64,000 bases of DNA from Camelus dromedarius (lineage: Eukaryota): contig NC_087438.1 of assembly GCF_036321535.1 (NCBI RefSeq), positions 12,588,001-12,652,000 of the forward strand, written 5' to 3'. Position numbers and translations under genes: made by a program. Below the pieces are notes generated by a model, which worked only from the letters and a program-made list of their open reading frames with translations, did no database searches and was not told where the DNA came from. Below, one piece after another: positions 1 to 13,049 of this stretch (the stretch's first letter is position 1; each line of letters starts with the position of its first letter).

Positions 1-376
1 TTTGAATTAAGGTTTCCTCTTGCTATATGCCCAAGTGTGGGATTCCTGGATCATATGGTAAGTCTATTTTCAGTCTTTGGAGGAATCTCCATAATGTTTT
101 CCATAACAGCTGCACCATTCCCATCATCATCCCCTTTTCTCCACACCCTCTCCAGCATTTATTGTTTGTGGACTTTTGAATGATGGCCATTCTGACTGGT
201 GTGAGGTGATACCTCATTGTAGTTTTGATTTGGATTTCTCTGATAGTTAGCAATATTGAAAAATTTTTTCATGTGCCTATTGGCCATTTGTATGTCTTCA
301 TAGGAGAATTGCTTATTTAGGTCCTCTGCCCATTTTTGGATTGGGTTGTTTGTTTTTTTCTTACTAAGTTATATGA
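1..376 (-). mobile_element. LINE-1 fragment (C-terminal ORF2 region), runs off the window start
   Basis: Minus-strand ORF 23..253 reads [38 protein letters not shown]...[16 protein letters not shown], the conserved L1 ORF2p C-terminal region, with a small internal deletion near 117-131. Confidence 0.95.
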
Positions 377-819
377 GGGTCATTCACATAATGGTGGCCC
401 AAACTGTCCAAACGGATAATGATTTCTTTGATTACATGGAAAAATAGTTTCATGTTTTATCTCAGAAATTTATAAACTCAAGTGCGCACAGTCGCCATGC
501 TGGTAGCATACATGTGTAACTTGCGTTGACTTTAGGAAAATAGAGAGTAATGGAGACACCAAGCCTTACTTTAAAAAGACATCTAAGTTCATTAAGAATA
601 ATCACTGTACAGGCCAAGGAAATTTATTTATCACTGGATTCGACCTGCAGAGATACCAGATTGACACCCATGTAGATGTATAACAGATCCTCCAGCACAG
701 TGCCTAATTCTGAAGTCAGCCTACCTCTCAGGGTATGTTTCCTCACACTCTGATGCTATGAGGATCTTCTATGAGAGATTCCACAACCTTCAAATAAGTC
801 TTCTTGTCTCAAGCTCTCC

Positions 820-1300
820 ACAGCCTATTCAGCTGCAGCCAGAGGTATCTTTTTGAATGAGACCCTGCTGATGACACCAGCACCCTTCAAGCCCTTCAGA
901 GACTCTTCCTTACTCTTTAGATCAACTTGAAATGCTCCAGCATAGCCCACTCACCAGGGGGACTGACCTGAGCTGCTTTCAACCATGCCAACGCCCAGCT
1001 CACATTCTCATCACTAGATATTTGCTCCCATGATTTCATCTTCCAGGGAGATTCCCTCATCCTGGGGCTTCCACCTTCAGCTTGCAATTCCCACTCATCC
1101 CTCTCAGCTCATATTTAATGCAGCCCCTCCTAGAACTCCCATAGGACCCCACATTGCTCTGATCAGAGCACATTTCACATTTGATTGTAATTTCCTCTTT
1201 CCTAGCTCAATTTCTCTGCTACTGAGGGCAAGGACTATTTGGAACTCATTCACTAGTGTATTTTCAGTGACCAGAGCTTTTGGTTGCATAGAAGAACCCA
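820..1300 (+). mobile_element. LINE-2 3' region fragment
   Basis: L2-like blocks 'cagccagaggtatctttttgaa' and 'gagggcaaggactatttg...ttcactagtgtattttcagtgaccagag'; highly diverged. Confidence 0.6.
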
Positions 1301-1554
1301 CCACAGACCGTTTGGTACTTCAAGTGAATTGATGTGTAAGAGGTCTCCAGCAGCAGCCTGGAGAATAACCCCACGTGATGGTGAAGAGTCAGTCAGCCAA
1401 GGAGAAAGGGTGTAATAAAACCCCCATATATCTGCAGGCAAAGTTGATATCTGATTTTTCACTCATGTTCTCCTCTGAGTTTGCTGCTTGAGAAACATCA
1501 TTTTTTCCCCGTAGTATCAGGTTTACTGTCACTGCTCAATGAAACGGTATCTGG

Positions 1555-1760
1555 AGACTGGAGATGAGAAACTCGATGGTGCAATTCCAAGCTGTGGAAT
1601 CTTCCACATATTATCTGATTGGTCTTCTCACTTCTCACTTTATGGCTGTGCCCTTGAGCAACTCACTTCCTTCTACAGAGTCCCTGGAGAATGCTAAGCA
1701 CTTACCTAACATACCTTTTTCTATGATATGCAAAGTGATGGTTACCAAATCATGGGCTTA
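1555..1760 (+). mobile_element. MIR SINE fragment
   Basis: 'acttctcactttatggctgtgcccttgagcaactcacttcct' resembles the MIR core. Confidence 0.45.
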
Positions 1761-2278
1761 ATCTTTGCCTGAGGAGACTCAGGGCTGGGGGTGGTGGAGA
1801 TCTGTGAATGCCAAAAATATGACTTTAATTTCTCGCTTTGAAGGGTTTAGGTCGTCTGCAAACCTGTCGGGTCTTATACATTGGCTTAACTTTAATTTGG
1901 AAGAGGAAGTTATGCTTAGGGCTGAGGTGTTTAAAGTGACTTTTAAAAACTTGACTTTAAATGACATCTGACATCTGCATCCTGTCTTGACGTGATCTTG
2001 GGCTTCGAGTCTTGAGAGTCTCAGGAGAGGTGAACTGATGATGGAAGTGCTTTTGGCTACACCTTTCTCCCCTCTTCCGTGGGTGGGATCAGACCTCTTT
2101 CATAGAGCTTGCCAGGTAAATTCTCCAAATTCTGGGATGAGTAAAATCCTGCCTGGATGCCACTCTTTCAAATCATCTCCTGTGGGGCTGTTGGCAAGAC
2201 CACAAAGTAGATGATGAACTGAGGAGATGCTTGTCTTTGGTGTTAGGATTTCCTCAATCTTTAAAACTCTTGAGAGTC

Positions 2279-2302
2279 AAAAAAAAAAAAAAAAAAAAAA
2301 AA
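2279..2302 (+). repeat. poly(A)24 tract
   Basis: Uninterrupted A run seen directly. Confidence 0.95.
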
Positions 2303-3297
2303 GGCGGGGGAAAGAAAAAGGAGTTCTGATTTAAGAATTACTAATTAGCATGGAGTTAATTTAATAATATTGTAACACTATTTGGCATAATTGAAGAATG
2401 AGGGGCTTCCTATTAAGTGAATTTATTAAGGGATCTTACCCCATTAAACATTAAAACATACAATTAATTATGTTTACAACAACAGAACATACTTCCCTAC
2501 CTTATTAGGCATTTTATAAAAGCCTTGGTGGAATGCTATTCTGATAACTTAGGCTCATCGTAAGAAACGCCAGAAATTGCTCTGTGATTTAATGCATTTA
2601 TGTATCCAGAGCCTCTGCCCAGCTGTGTAGGTCTAGCTGATCCTTCATGAAATGGCTCCAGGCTGCTGCCTTTTTTCCCTTTCCTAAGTCTGGGGTCTGT
2701 TTTTTTAAGAAGAGTTTTTATGTCTCATTCATGCTGTTAGGTTGTGACCTCTTGCTTCCTTCTGCAAATGCTGGATTGCTTTTAGCAGTCCACTCCCCAT
2801 TCCTTCTTCTGAGTCTGTAGCTTCAGATCTTATGATGGGACAGTTAGATCATGGAGTTTGTTAAATCCTACATAAGAGTGATTAGGCATAGAGATACCCG
2901 CCTAGGGCTAAAACAGGGGAAATTTAGTCAATGGAATGTGTGATATCTGACTTAGCTAGTTTTTTAAGTTCTAGGCTTCTTTTCTGTTATAGACAATTGA
3001 AGATATTTGACAGGTATACTCTATAAAAGTGACGTGTTCTTTCATTACATCTGAATAGATGACTGGTCAAAGTACAGAATAGAATTCTCGAATGAATCCC
3101 TACTTTCAGTTTTTTCTTCAGGCTTTGAGGATGATCATGAGGAGAGAGAGAGAGAGGGAAAAGGAAAGTGAGAGTGGGAGAAGAGAATGAACATCACAGG
3201 GGTTCCTCAGAGGCCAGGGCCCAGTTTTTAATCTTTCAGAAATCCAATTTTTTAGTTCACCCAGAGGTTATCAGACTGTAAAATAAATCACACTAAC

Positions 3298-3828
3298 TGT
3301 ATTAGTTTCTTAGTGCTGCTATAACAAATTACCACAAACTTGGTGGCTTAAAAACACACGAACTTGTTATCTTATACTATGGAGGTCAGAAATCCAAAAT
3401 CAGTCTCACTGGGCTCAGGTCAAGGTGTCCGCAGGGTGGGCTCCTTCTGAAGGCCCTAAGGGAGGATTTGTTTCCTTGCTTTTCCCAGCTTCCAGAGACT
3501 GCCCGCGCTCCTTGACCCACAGCCCTTCCTCTCTCTACAAAGCCAGCCTTGGAGCATCTTCAGTCCTCTCTGGCTGTCGGACCTCTGCTTCCATTCATCA
3601 CATCAACTTCTCTGATGTTGGCCCTCCTGGCTCCCTCCTGTAAGGACCCCTGTGATTGCATTGAACCCATCCATATAATCCCGGATAATTTCCCCATCTC
3701 AGGATCCTTCCCTTAACCACATCTGCAGACTCTTCTTGCCACGTAAGGGAATGTATTCACAGGTTCTGGGATTAGAACACAGGCATCTTTGGTGAGGGGA
3801 GGGGGGCAACATTATTGAGCCGACCACA
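3298..3828 (-). mobile_element. Solo MaLR LTR (MLT1C/D-like), full length
   Basis: Begins 'tgtattagtttcttagtgctgctataacaaattaccacaaac' (reverse complement of the MLT1 3' end), ends '...gaccaca'; TG...CA termini; perfect 5-bp TSD CTAAC at 3293-3297 and 3829-3833. Confidence 0.92.
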
Positions 3829-4874
3829 CTAACCAAACTCTCAATATGCTGATTTAAAAGCCAGAATGGCAATTTACAATTCACAATCTTAAGATATCTG
3901 GTGGGCTAATTGGAGTTACCTTTTTACTTAGGACACTCGCTTCTGCCAGGACAATGGTCCTGTGAGGGGATCAGAGACTAGGAGCTTGCTTGGTGAGCTT
4001 AGAATTACACCAATGGATATTGCCAAGAAACCATAGTGGCTCGACAAATTGTCCTTTGTGTTCTACGATTATTTTGACCCATCTAGGCAGGACTGGCTAT
4101 TAAAAGTGGTTTTTGAAATAGTCCTTTAGTTTGACACTCTGACACTCAGACTGCTTGATTCTTCTCTCATTGGATCTGATGGAATCCATAACTTGATGTT
4201 TTAATAATATTTCCTCTTGTACAAAAAATGTGATGCACCGATGTTAAAATTACCTTTAATCTACACCCTCCTGGGACGGTTGAAATACCTTCATCAGAAT
4301 CCATGTTCTAGGATGAATAGTTAGCATTTGAAGTGTCATAGCAAGGAAACAATTCTTCCTTTTCTTACTATTTCAAACCTTTGGAAATCTATGTTGAAAG
4401 GCTTATCAATTAGCAACTGGGCTGTAAGAAATAACTTTTCACTGGTGCAGTGACTGGCTTTCATGATAAGTTAAAAACTGGCTGCGTCCCAGGACCCCGG
4501 AAGCCCAGCGGGCTGCCATGGTCCGTGTAGAGCCATCTTAGTCATGCATCACTCTGCTTTGTGGAGGACGCTGACATCTCACTAGAATCTGGATGGTCCT
4601 GTCTGCAAAATATCCTTTTATTGGCCTGAGAGTGAAACTTCCCTGTAAGGTGTTGTTAGAGGGCCTGAGGGCAGGGACGGGACTTTCCTGAGCTATGAGA
4701 ATAGGTCTCGTAACTGACACCTGCTTGCTAGTAAATATCCCTACATTTGTCAGAAATGAGACTAAGACCTGCTTTCTTTGTAGTCTATCACTTGGTGTTA
4801 GATCACTTTGGGGGAAGGGACAGGTAGACTGTGTCCAGAAGGATAGGTTAGTCGGTTCTTGGCTTTCCGACTTT

Positions 4875-5048
4875 AGTTAGCATCAGTATCACCGGAGAGC
4901 TAGTTAAAATAGGCGACTGGGCCCCAGCCTCTGAGTTTCTGAGTCAGTAGGTCTTGGATGAGGGGTTGAGAATTTGCATGGCTCACAGGGCCCCAGGTGA
5001 TGCTGCTTCAGCTGGCTGGGGACTACTCTCTGAGAACCACTGGGCTAG
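4875..5048. mobile_element. hAT-Charlie MITE, MER5A-like
   Basis: 'gcatcagtatcacc...ctgggccccagcctctgagtttctgagtcagtaggtct...agaatttgcat...ccccaggtgatgctg...tgagaaccactg' follows the MER5A consensus, including the terminal gagaaccactg. Confidence 0.88.
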
Positions 5049-5049
5049 G

Positions 5050-5365
5050 TTTTGCTGTGGCTTAAAACCACATAGGTATATTTCTTGCTCACACTCCATG
5101 CCCGCTGTGGGTTGGCTGGAGGCTCTGCTCTGCATCACGGCTGAGCTCATTCTGTGATCTGAGCTGATGGAGCATCGCTGCTTGTGGGACGTATGTGGAG
5201 TCCTGGTGGGTATCACGCTGGTGATTAAAAGACTCCTCACAATTCATTGGCTAGGGCTGGTCACATGACTCACCCCACTGCATGAGTGCCCGGAAGCACA
5301 ACTCTACTCTGAGCCCCAGAGGAGCGTATCTGAATGTTTGTAAGTTAACACTGAAGATTACTGCA
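5050..5365 (-). mobile_element. Old MaLR LTR fragment (MLT1J/K-like)
   Basis: 'gtggcttaaaaccacataggtatatttcttgctcacact' and 'cattggctagggctggtcacatgactcacccc' are MLT1 antisense hallmarks. Confidence 0.65.
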
Positions 5366-6757
5366 AGTACGACTCAACTTTGAGCAAAAGAAACTCGTAA
5401 CAGCTAGGCAGTCCCACTGATTTTAAGTCAGTTCACAATACTTGGGCACAATATAGCTGATGCCACCAGGGTTCAGCTGACCTTGGTTATTATTTTAGTC
5501 TTCTCAAGTAGAATCTGAAGTTATGCTAACCTCATTGGATTAGCCATACTTACAAGGCAGCTCTAACTTGGTTCCTCTTAGGTATTGGGTTGATCCAAAT
5601 CTCTCCCTCCACTCGTTTTTCTTTTTAATTTTTAGATTTTATTGCAGATGTGGTCTTTTCTGACTTTATCCTCAAATTTTGGAGATACACTTGACTTTGA
5701 AGGCCTTCTGCCCTAATGAGCTGACTATAGTCATATGAGGACAAAGTCTGAGAATTCCGGTCATCAGCAGTGCTTTCTTTGTGGCCCTCACCCCCCCTCC
5801 CTCCTTTTCTTCTCTCTTTCACCCTTTCCTCCTCCCTCCCTCCCTTCCTCATGCAGCTTTGCAGTTGTTTAACGATTTATGAAACTGCAACAACATCATG
5901 TATAATTTAAGCATAAACTTCAATTTTGGCTCCAAAATTATTTCTCAAGCCCCCTCTCCAAGTGTCACTTCAACAAATATTGCTGTGAAACACTGTCCTC
6001 TTATTGACTGTTAATTTCTTTCGAGCCAGTCAGAGGGAATGGCTACTTCCTCACGAAAGGGAAAATGGCAGGGTGGGGACCACTTGTTCTGCATTCTTCG
6101 GTTCAGTCACTTCAGGTCATCTGGGAAATAAGACTGTCAGCACAACTTCTCTGGGTACAGAGGACATGGCTAGGGCCTACGATTCAAAGGACTGCCCAAG
6201 GCTAAGGCCACTGTGTAAGCTTTAATTAACTGGGACAGTCAGGAGCAGGTGCTGTAGAAGGGAGCGCTACCATGATTAATATTAATTTTTTATGTGGATG
6301 TAGGGAAACTCTGGGATGCATTGTTTCATAATTAATTTCCTTATGAGTTATGAATGTCCTAGACATTCCCTAAAGGAGGGTTAAAGAGGTCAATTTATTT
6401 AAAGCAGTTTGGTTTTTAGAGGCTCTTCTTACTGCCATATACATATACGGCTACAATTGAGTTTCACCTTCTTGTGTGGCTTTCTAGAACCTAGAATAGC
6501 TCTGCCTTTGAGATGGAAATGGTTAATGATCACTGTTGTGCTCCTTAGAATAGTTCAAGGTCCTTGGGTGCATTTTTAGGCTGTAGGCTGAAGCAAGATG
6601 AACAAAATGGGTGAGTACTTTGGAGTTTCTGATATTTAAATCAGTGATTGCAGGAAATGTACAAGTATTTGTCAACCAAATAAATGTTTACTTTTTTTTA
6701 AGTTGAAGTTACCCTGGAAGTTGGTTTTAGTAAGTCAAAGTATTTTGCTTTATGCAA

Positions 6758-6759
<2 letters not shown>

Positions 6760-6814
<55 letters not shown>

Positions 6815-6820
6815 ATATAT
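6760..6820. repeat. (TA)n microsatellite, one internal slip
   Basis: Seen directly. Confidence 0.97.
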
Positions 6821-7099
6821 TCTAATATTTTGTTCTCTTAAAAGTTGAATTTATTTCCTTACCTATTGTTAACATTGGTATTTTTATGGTTCCTCATCAC
6901 ACATCTTTAAATGGGAACAACTGGGGCAAAGCTATTTGCGTTTGCTCCATGGCTTAGATGAGAGGCTGATAAGACCATGTTCAGTTGAACCAGATTTTCA
7001 GGTAGGACAGAATTCATCAGAAGCCCTGGGCAAGCTGAACTCAACCCTGGGGTGAGTGGGATGGGGCAGTGGTGCAGAGAAGTAAATTTTCCTTAGAGA

Positions 7100-7240
7100 A
7101 CTTGCTTCCTTTCATAAAATGAGGTTAATGAGAGAATCTGTCTCATAAGATACTGAGAAGAATAAATGATATAAAATGCAAAAAGGAGCATGAAGAATAA
7201 GTACCTGGCAGATAGCAAACCCTTAGTAAATGTTAGCTTT
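7100..7240 (+). mobile_element. MIR SINE 3' part
   Basis: 'taaaatgaggttaatgag...tctcataag...gaagaataaatgatata...tacctggcagatagcaaacccttagtaaatgttagc'. Confidence 0.7.
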
Positions 7241-7469
7241 TACTTTTATGTCTCTCTTTCTTGTTCTTTCTTCCATAAATGAATAATCAAGCCACAGATA
7301 CACCTTGTTGTCTTCCCAGTTGTAAGACGCTCTTGGGCTTGCCAAGACATTTGAGACAAAGTCTTCTCTAAAAGGATTCAAAGTGATTGGCAAGATGAAT
7401 CCCAAATAAGTGATGATTTAGAAAATATAAGAGAAAGAAATTCTCATGAGTTTCCAAATGAGCACAGCA

Positions 7470-7790
7470 GAGCACATGCATCAGAGAAATTCAGGTGTGG
7501 GGAGTGACTCTTGAGTGGCCCGGAAGGCTTCGCAGCAGAGCTGTCCTGTGGCTGGGTACAAAATGTGTTGGTGGAGGTGAAGTTGGGGAGGATATGGAGT
7601 GAGTATTGGAGTATCAGGTAGAGCAAAAAGACCAAAAGCACCAAGGCAAGAAAGTGCAAGATGTGTTTGAGGAATAGGAAATAACTTAGTTTTTTGGCAG
7701 GTGAATATTTAGTGAGAAGAAATGTGTCAAGAGTAATTTTAGGGAGGAAACCTATTGGCACCTGTTAGAACCATCTTGAACGTGAGATTG
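7470..7790 (-). mobile_element. LINE-2 fragment
   Basis: Purine-rich 'caaaagcaccaaggcaagaaagtgcaagatgtgtttgaggaatagg' is typical of antisense L2. Confidence 0.5.
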
Positions 7791-8454
7791 CAAAAACATG
7801 TTGGCTGACATTTATTTGGGGGCACATATTTAATTCTTCACTATGGTCATAATATGGTCATTAATATGATCTACTCATAAATATTTTCAAGGCAGCATAA
7901 AGCCATGGGCAAGTTAAACTTTCCACCGAGAACCCCTTCGCTCCTCTCATAGTTTTAAATGGCACTCTAAGCTAATCGGATATCATACAGTATTTATCTG
8001 TTTTGATAGATTGCTGATTCTTGGCACTGTCCATTTCAGGCCCATGGGACATACTTACTGACTTGGCAATAGAACATACTCAGTCTTGGATCAATATATC
8101 AGTCCTTACATCGTATTAAGTTTAATTATCTATTGAAACTTATCTACTGTTGTCACAGTTTATCATTTTTGGGAGGGTGCTGATGCTAAAATGGTATTGA
8201 ACAACTTGAGCTAATTTATATATTGTCACATCTTTTGTTGAGCCCCTCAGATTAATTAAAATAATTTTTGCCTTTAATATGGAGTTACTTTATGTGGACT
8301 GACTGGCATAACAAAGCGCCTAAAGTAGCATGTATAGCCCATGTCAAAGTTGAAGTTCTGCAAGATTAAAATATTTCCTTCGTAAAATATCCAACTAAAC
8401 TCAGGCATATTCTTTTATGACAAATGCTTCTTTTTTTTAAGTGAACATAATCTA

Positions 8455-8632
8455 AAGATGTTCAAGATGGAAGCTGCCTTTTATAATCGAGTATCAGAAG
8501 TAACCGCCCATCACTCTGCTCTGTACTCTTTGTCACATGGACTGACCCTGGTACCACATAGGAGGGAATTGTACAAGATACCAATGTCAGAGGCAGAGGT
8601 CATCGGGGGCCTCCATGGAGGTGGCCACTGTA
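8455..8632 (-). mobile_element. MaLR LTR fragment (MLT1F/G/H-like)
   Basis: 'aagatggaagctgccttttataatcgagtatcagaagtaac...catcactctgc...gaggtcatcgggggcctccatggagg'. Confidence 0.65.
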
Positions 8633-8859
8633 GGAGCCTTGACCCCAGTTTTGTTGTTCAACACTCTCCCAGCTGCAGGCCTGTCTAAATGCTTTCTACA
8701 TCTTTCTGTCTTTCTCCAACATGAGAGAGCACATTTTCTGGAAAGCATCGGTATGCTGACTTCCATGTACCAAATGCCATAATGGGTACCATGGAAGATT
8801 TTGAAGCAATAGGAGGTGAGCTTTTTCCCCCAAGACCCTCGTAGTATAGTTGAAAAAAC

Positions 8860-9240
8860 AGAACACACATTAGGTCTTCAGAACGCTTTTCATGGCGAAT
8901 TATAGAAAATTAGCTGAACCATAGCTTAGGCAAAAGGGGGCATTTCCCAAAAGGCCTGCATAGCTAAAGGAAGGGCAAGGGTGTGGACACAGTGAAATGT
9001 AAGGTACAACCCCCACCAGGAACCTTCCCTCCCTTCCCCATCTCTCTTACACTCTCTGTATCAGTCTCATTGATGCAGACTGGCTTCTTTCTCATGGCGA
9101 TCACCTAAGCTCCTGGCAGCTCTTGGTCTACATATTGCAGCTTTCCTATGTAGAGAGTCATGACGGTGGGCAGTCCAAATGTTAAAATTTGAGGGAAGGG
9201 CTCTGATTGGATCAGCCTGATTCCTGGACCAATCAACATC
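8860..9240 (-). mobile_element. Old MaLR LTR fragment (MLT1K/L-like)
   Basis: 'agcttaggcaaaaggggg...gggaagggctctgattggatcagcctg...ggaccaatca'; diverged. Confidence 0.4.
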
Positions 9241-11074
9241 CATCCTTTCCTTTGTCCAGCTCTCATCAGGTGTTGACATCATGGCAGGCATTGGGGTGGG
9301 TGTGGGAATTACAAAAGCAGAAGTCAAAAGCAGATTCCCTGCTAAAGATATGGTGATGGTTGGCAGGCAGGGGGCAGGAGGGTTGAGAGGCTCATGTGTA
9401 GCCCTGAAACAACCCCAAATGGAAGACCCTGCCCGCATGCAGTTCTGCGTGTAAGGGAAGGACAGTGAGGGGGCAGGTGTGCCCATAGATTGTGTAAGGC
9501 TGTGTATCACTTCTAGTATATGCCAAAATTCTGTTCTGTTCTTCTCTATTTCTTTGGGTCTACCTGGTCCTGTCTGGGTGGCTTCTTTAAGATGCCAGTT
9601 CCTAGCGTAAGAAGCTCTTCCGAGGCTGGGTTCTGAGTAGCACCCAGCTTGCTGAAAAGTCTAAATAAGTCATAATAGTTTCTGACAGGATCTTTCTTTT
9701 GAAAGAAAGTGTGAGAAAGCAAGGGGGATAAAACATGCCTTTGTTTTCACCGAGGCACAGTCAGAATGAATCATTAAGAAATTGATACTGACTTCAGCAG
9801 CATCATCCGAGCTGTTAGTCAAGAGAAGGTGAATAAGATGTGGGTGTGTCTGTGTTTCCAGATGACAGGTGGAAGTTCCCGAGTCTGTGCTTCTGTTAAT
9901 GGTTCCATCCAACCGAACGAGGAGGGCAGAACTCTCATTGGGATGAGGAGAGCTGTTTGTCCAAAAGCACACGCTTCAAATAACTAGATGGCTACTCAAA
10001 TGATATGATTTTGGGAAAAAGGTAGAGTTCCAACTAACTCCAAAACAACGCCCTCAAGTCCATGTTCAACATCAAAATGTCTTTGTCAGGGAGACAAGCT
10101 ATTTTATTCCATAGTTAAAAAAGAGACAGGTACAAATATTTCTGGGAGAGTGGAGGACACTTTAAATTTATATTAAAATGTTAATAAATCATATCGAATG
10201 GTTTTCTGGATTTTTCAGAATTGATGGAGGCACGTGTACGTGTGTCCATGTGTGTGGTGTGCAAGTAAGTTAGGTTAGGAACATGGATTTCCAACTCTGC
10301 CTAATACCCAGTTTTGCTTGGAGCTGATTATGATGGTGGATTCTCATTCTGCTTCACACCACAAACAATTCATAATTTTGAATGGGAATTCTGTCGGCAA
10401 AATAATAACAGATTCAGGCATTGGATCCTTGCAGAGTATTTATGTCTTTGATTATTTATTTGAACAATTTGTCTGGATATTAGTATTCTCATGAGCCTAG
10501 TTTTCTGAAAACTTAATTCTTTTCAATAAGCACATATAAATTAACATTTTCCCTTCAGATGTCTTGTTGAGGAGCAGAGAATAGTTCAGTATTTCCTTCC
10601 CAATGTGGTATCTTTCGCGAGAGCTGTATCTCCTTCAAGTGACAACCTTTGGATGCAATTCAGATCAGATAAGGTTTGTTATTTATTTAAGGTCTTTTAA
10701 GAGCACAGCCAATTAGAGGCTGTTGAATTATACTCACATCACTGAGGTTTCCTAGAAAGGGCTCAGTAATGGGGTTTTAGAGCTCCCGTTACAAAGCATG
10801 GCAGACTGCCTGTTTCCAAAGGGGTGTTTATTTTTGGAAATCCGTGATTCTCTTGTTAGACTCAGACTCCTTTGATTGTAGGTGTTTCAAAGAAATCTGA
10901 ACCCTTGTCAGGCTATTTCTATAAAACCACCTACTTTTCTTTTTTTCTCATAGGTTGCTTACAAGAAGGAATTCAGTAAAAATAAAAATAGACTTAATAA
11001 AACTGTACTCTGCTTGATTCAACTGACTTCATATCAGGAGTTCATCCGATTTCTATTAATGAAGTGCTCCATAA

Positions 11075-12130
11075 ATTCATTTATTCAGCACATGTTTATT
11101 GAGGGTTTACTGTGAGACCAGCACCACAGTCAATGCGAGAGGTAAGTTCTCGACTCTTTTGTGACAACAAGCAAATAGACAGTGAACACACATACACCTG
11201 TGAACACACCCACACCAATGACCATCGGAGGGCAGGCAAGTGTTCTGCTGAAAATCCCCTCAACGTGATGGGCTGGATAGTGACAGGGCCACTACCTTAA
11301 TTGAGGGGCTAAAATAGTCTCTTTTAGGAGGATTCATTTATGTGAGGTCTGTGTGACCCAAAGGAGTGAGGCTTGTGAGGACCTAGGGAAGGGCATTCAA
11401 GATATGGAGACTTGCTTCAAAAGCCCCCCAGTGGGGATGGGCGTGGTGTCGGAGGAAGAGGGGGAAGGTCTGTGTGACAAACCTCGGGCAGAGGGGCTTC
11501 AGAGAAGTGGACAGGGCCTAGATGACGGACGACAATGTTGGTCAGCGGAAGGAATTTAGATTTTATTTTAAACACAATGAAAGACCACCGGAGAGCTGTC
11601 AGCAGAAGGATGGCATTTACTAATCTAGTTTATCTGTGGAAAATGAATGATAGGAAACAAGAGAGAAAGTAGAGCGATCAATTAGGAAAGAATTATGGTA
11701 GACAGGCGGTGACTCCGGTGCAGAGGACACGTACCCAGCGACTGTGGGGGACACTCTCCTAGCACTGTTAAAGAAAATATTATCTATGTATATTTGTATA
11801 CACACCTACGTATGTGCATATGTGCATATACATATGTGTATATATTAACATTTCTTATTCTAAGCTTTCTGTTTCTATATGATAAGAGACATAATATATG
11901 GACACCATAGCAGATATACTATTCATAAATAAATCAACATACATAATGGAAGTGTGTGTTCAAAAATATTTTATGGTTTCGTGTATGATGCAAACATTTT
12001 AGAAATCACTGGTCTAGGGGTCAGATGATGATGACTTGGACTTGGAGGTAGTGGTGAAAACAGAGGCCAGTAGATGCGTTTGGGATAAGGTTTGAAGGTA
12101 AAATTAGCAAGATTTGTTGACAAATCGGGT
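11075..12130 (-). mobile_element. LINE-2 (3' end at left), interrupted by a DNA transposon
   Basis: Starts 'attcatttattcagcacatgtttattgag' (antisense L2 3' tail), continues 'ggaatttagattttatttt', resumes after about 12012 with 'gatgatgatgacttggacttggagg...tttgaaggtaaaattagcaagatttg'. Confidence 0.75.
11700..12011. mobile_element. hAT-Charlie-like DNA transposon relic nested in L2
   Basis: Interrupts L2; ends 'aaacattttagaaatcactg' followed by 'gtctag', a Charlie-type TIR end and target site. Confidence 0.5.
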
Positions 12131-12445
12131 TGTGCTCATCGTGGTGTGGGGTCACGAGAATGCATATGACTCAAGACACAGCCCAGCCCTCAGGGAGCCT
12201 TGTAGGGTTTTCCTGACTCAGGAATGAGGATATAAACTTTTCGAGTTTGTTTCTTTGCCACTTTCACACACATCATGGCTCACAGGTCCTTAAGTGAAAA
12301 TGAATTTCTCTTCATGTCAGGGCCACGACACGCACAGCTCTGGGGGCCACCGTTAGCATTATATTCCCTGGAGTCGGGTTCTATGGAGTTGTCCTCCAGG
12401 ACAAAAAAATCAGAATTTTATATTGAAAAGATGCCGCGAGGGTGT

Positions 12446-12448
<3 letters not shown>

Positions 12449-12477
<29 letters not shown>
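12449..12477. repeat. (GT)n microsatellite
   Basis: Seen directly. Confidence 0.95.
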
Positions 12478-12479
<2 letters not shown>

Positions 12480-13049
12480 TCAAGAGTCTTTCCCAGTAGA
12501 ATGACTCTGGCTTAGGTTTATCCCACCTCTGTCCCCCTCTACCTCCTTTCTTCAAATGAGGATCTTTACTTGAGACTTTAGGCACAAAGGAATAATATGA
12601 GATTAATTAACTCACTTTATGGTTGAGAGCTTAGGTCTTGAGGATGAGAAGTAGATTTCAGGGGGAGCTTGGAGCCAAGAACTGAGGCTCTCATTTGTTT
12701 TTACTGGGCATGGTTATAAAAGCATGTAGCCCTGGGGTTTCCACACATGACTGTTCTTGTCCTTCGCCAGCCCTGATGTGGCCCATGTGTGCTCACCTCG
12801 TCCCCTCCCCACCCCGCAAATAACCCCCCAACACCGAAGCATTAGTGCATTATGTGAAACATTGGACATTTTGTCCCCAGAAGATATTTGTCCTTTCCCG
12901 AGTCACTCTCATCTCCACATTCAGAGAAACTTTCCCTCAGGCAGCCCTGAACCTGGCTTCACTTATTTCAACCTCCTTTATCACACGAAACTGTTTCCTT
13001 CTTCAGGGCATATCACGTTATGTGCTCTTCAAATTATGTTCTGCCCCAA

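Noticed and set aside
23..253. ORF as a host gene
   Set aside because: Decayed L1 ORF2 fragment with an internal deletion, not a functional CDS
9067..9510. 147-aa minus-strand ORF
   Set aside because: No homology recognised; overlaps a probable old LTR relic; non-ATG start
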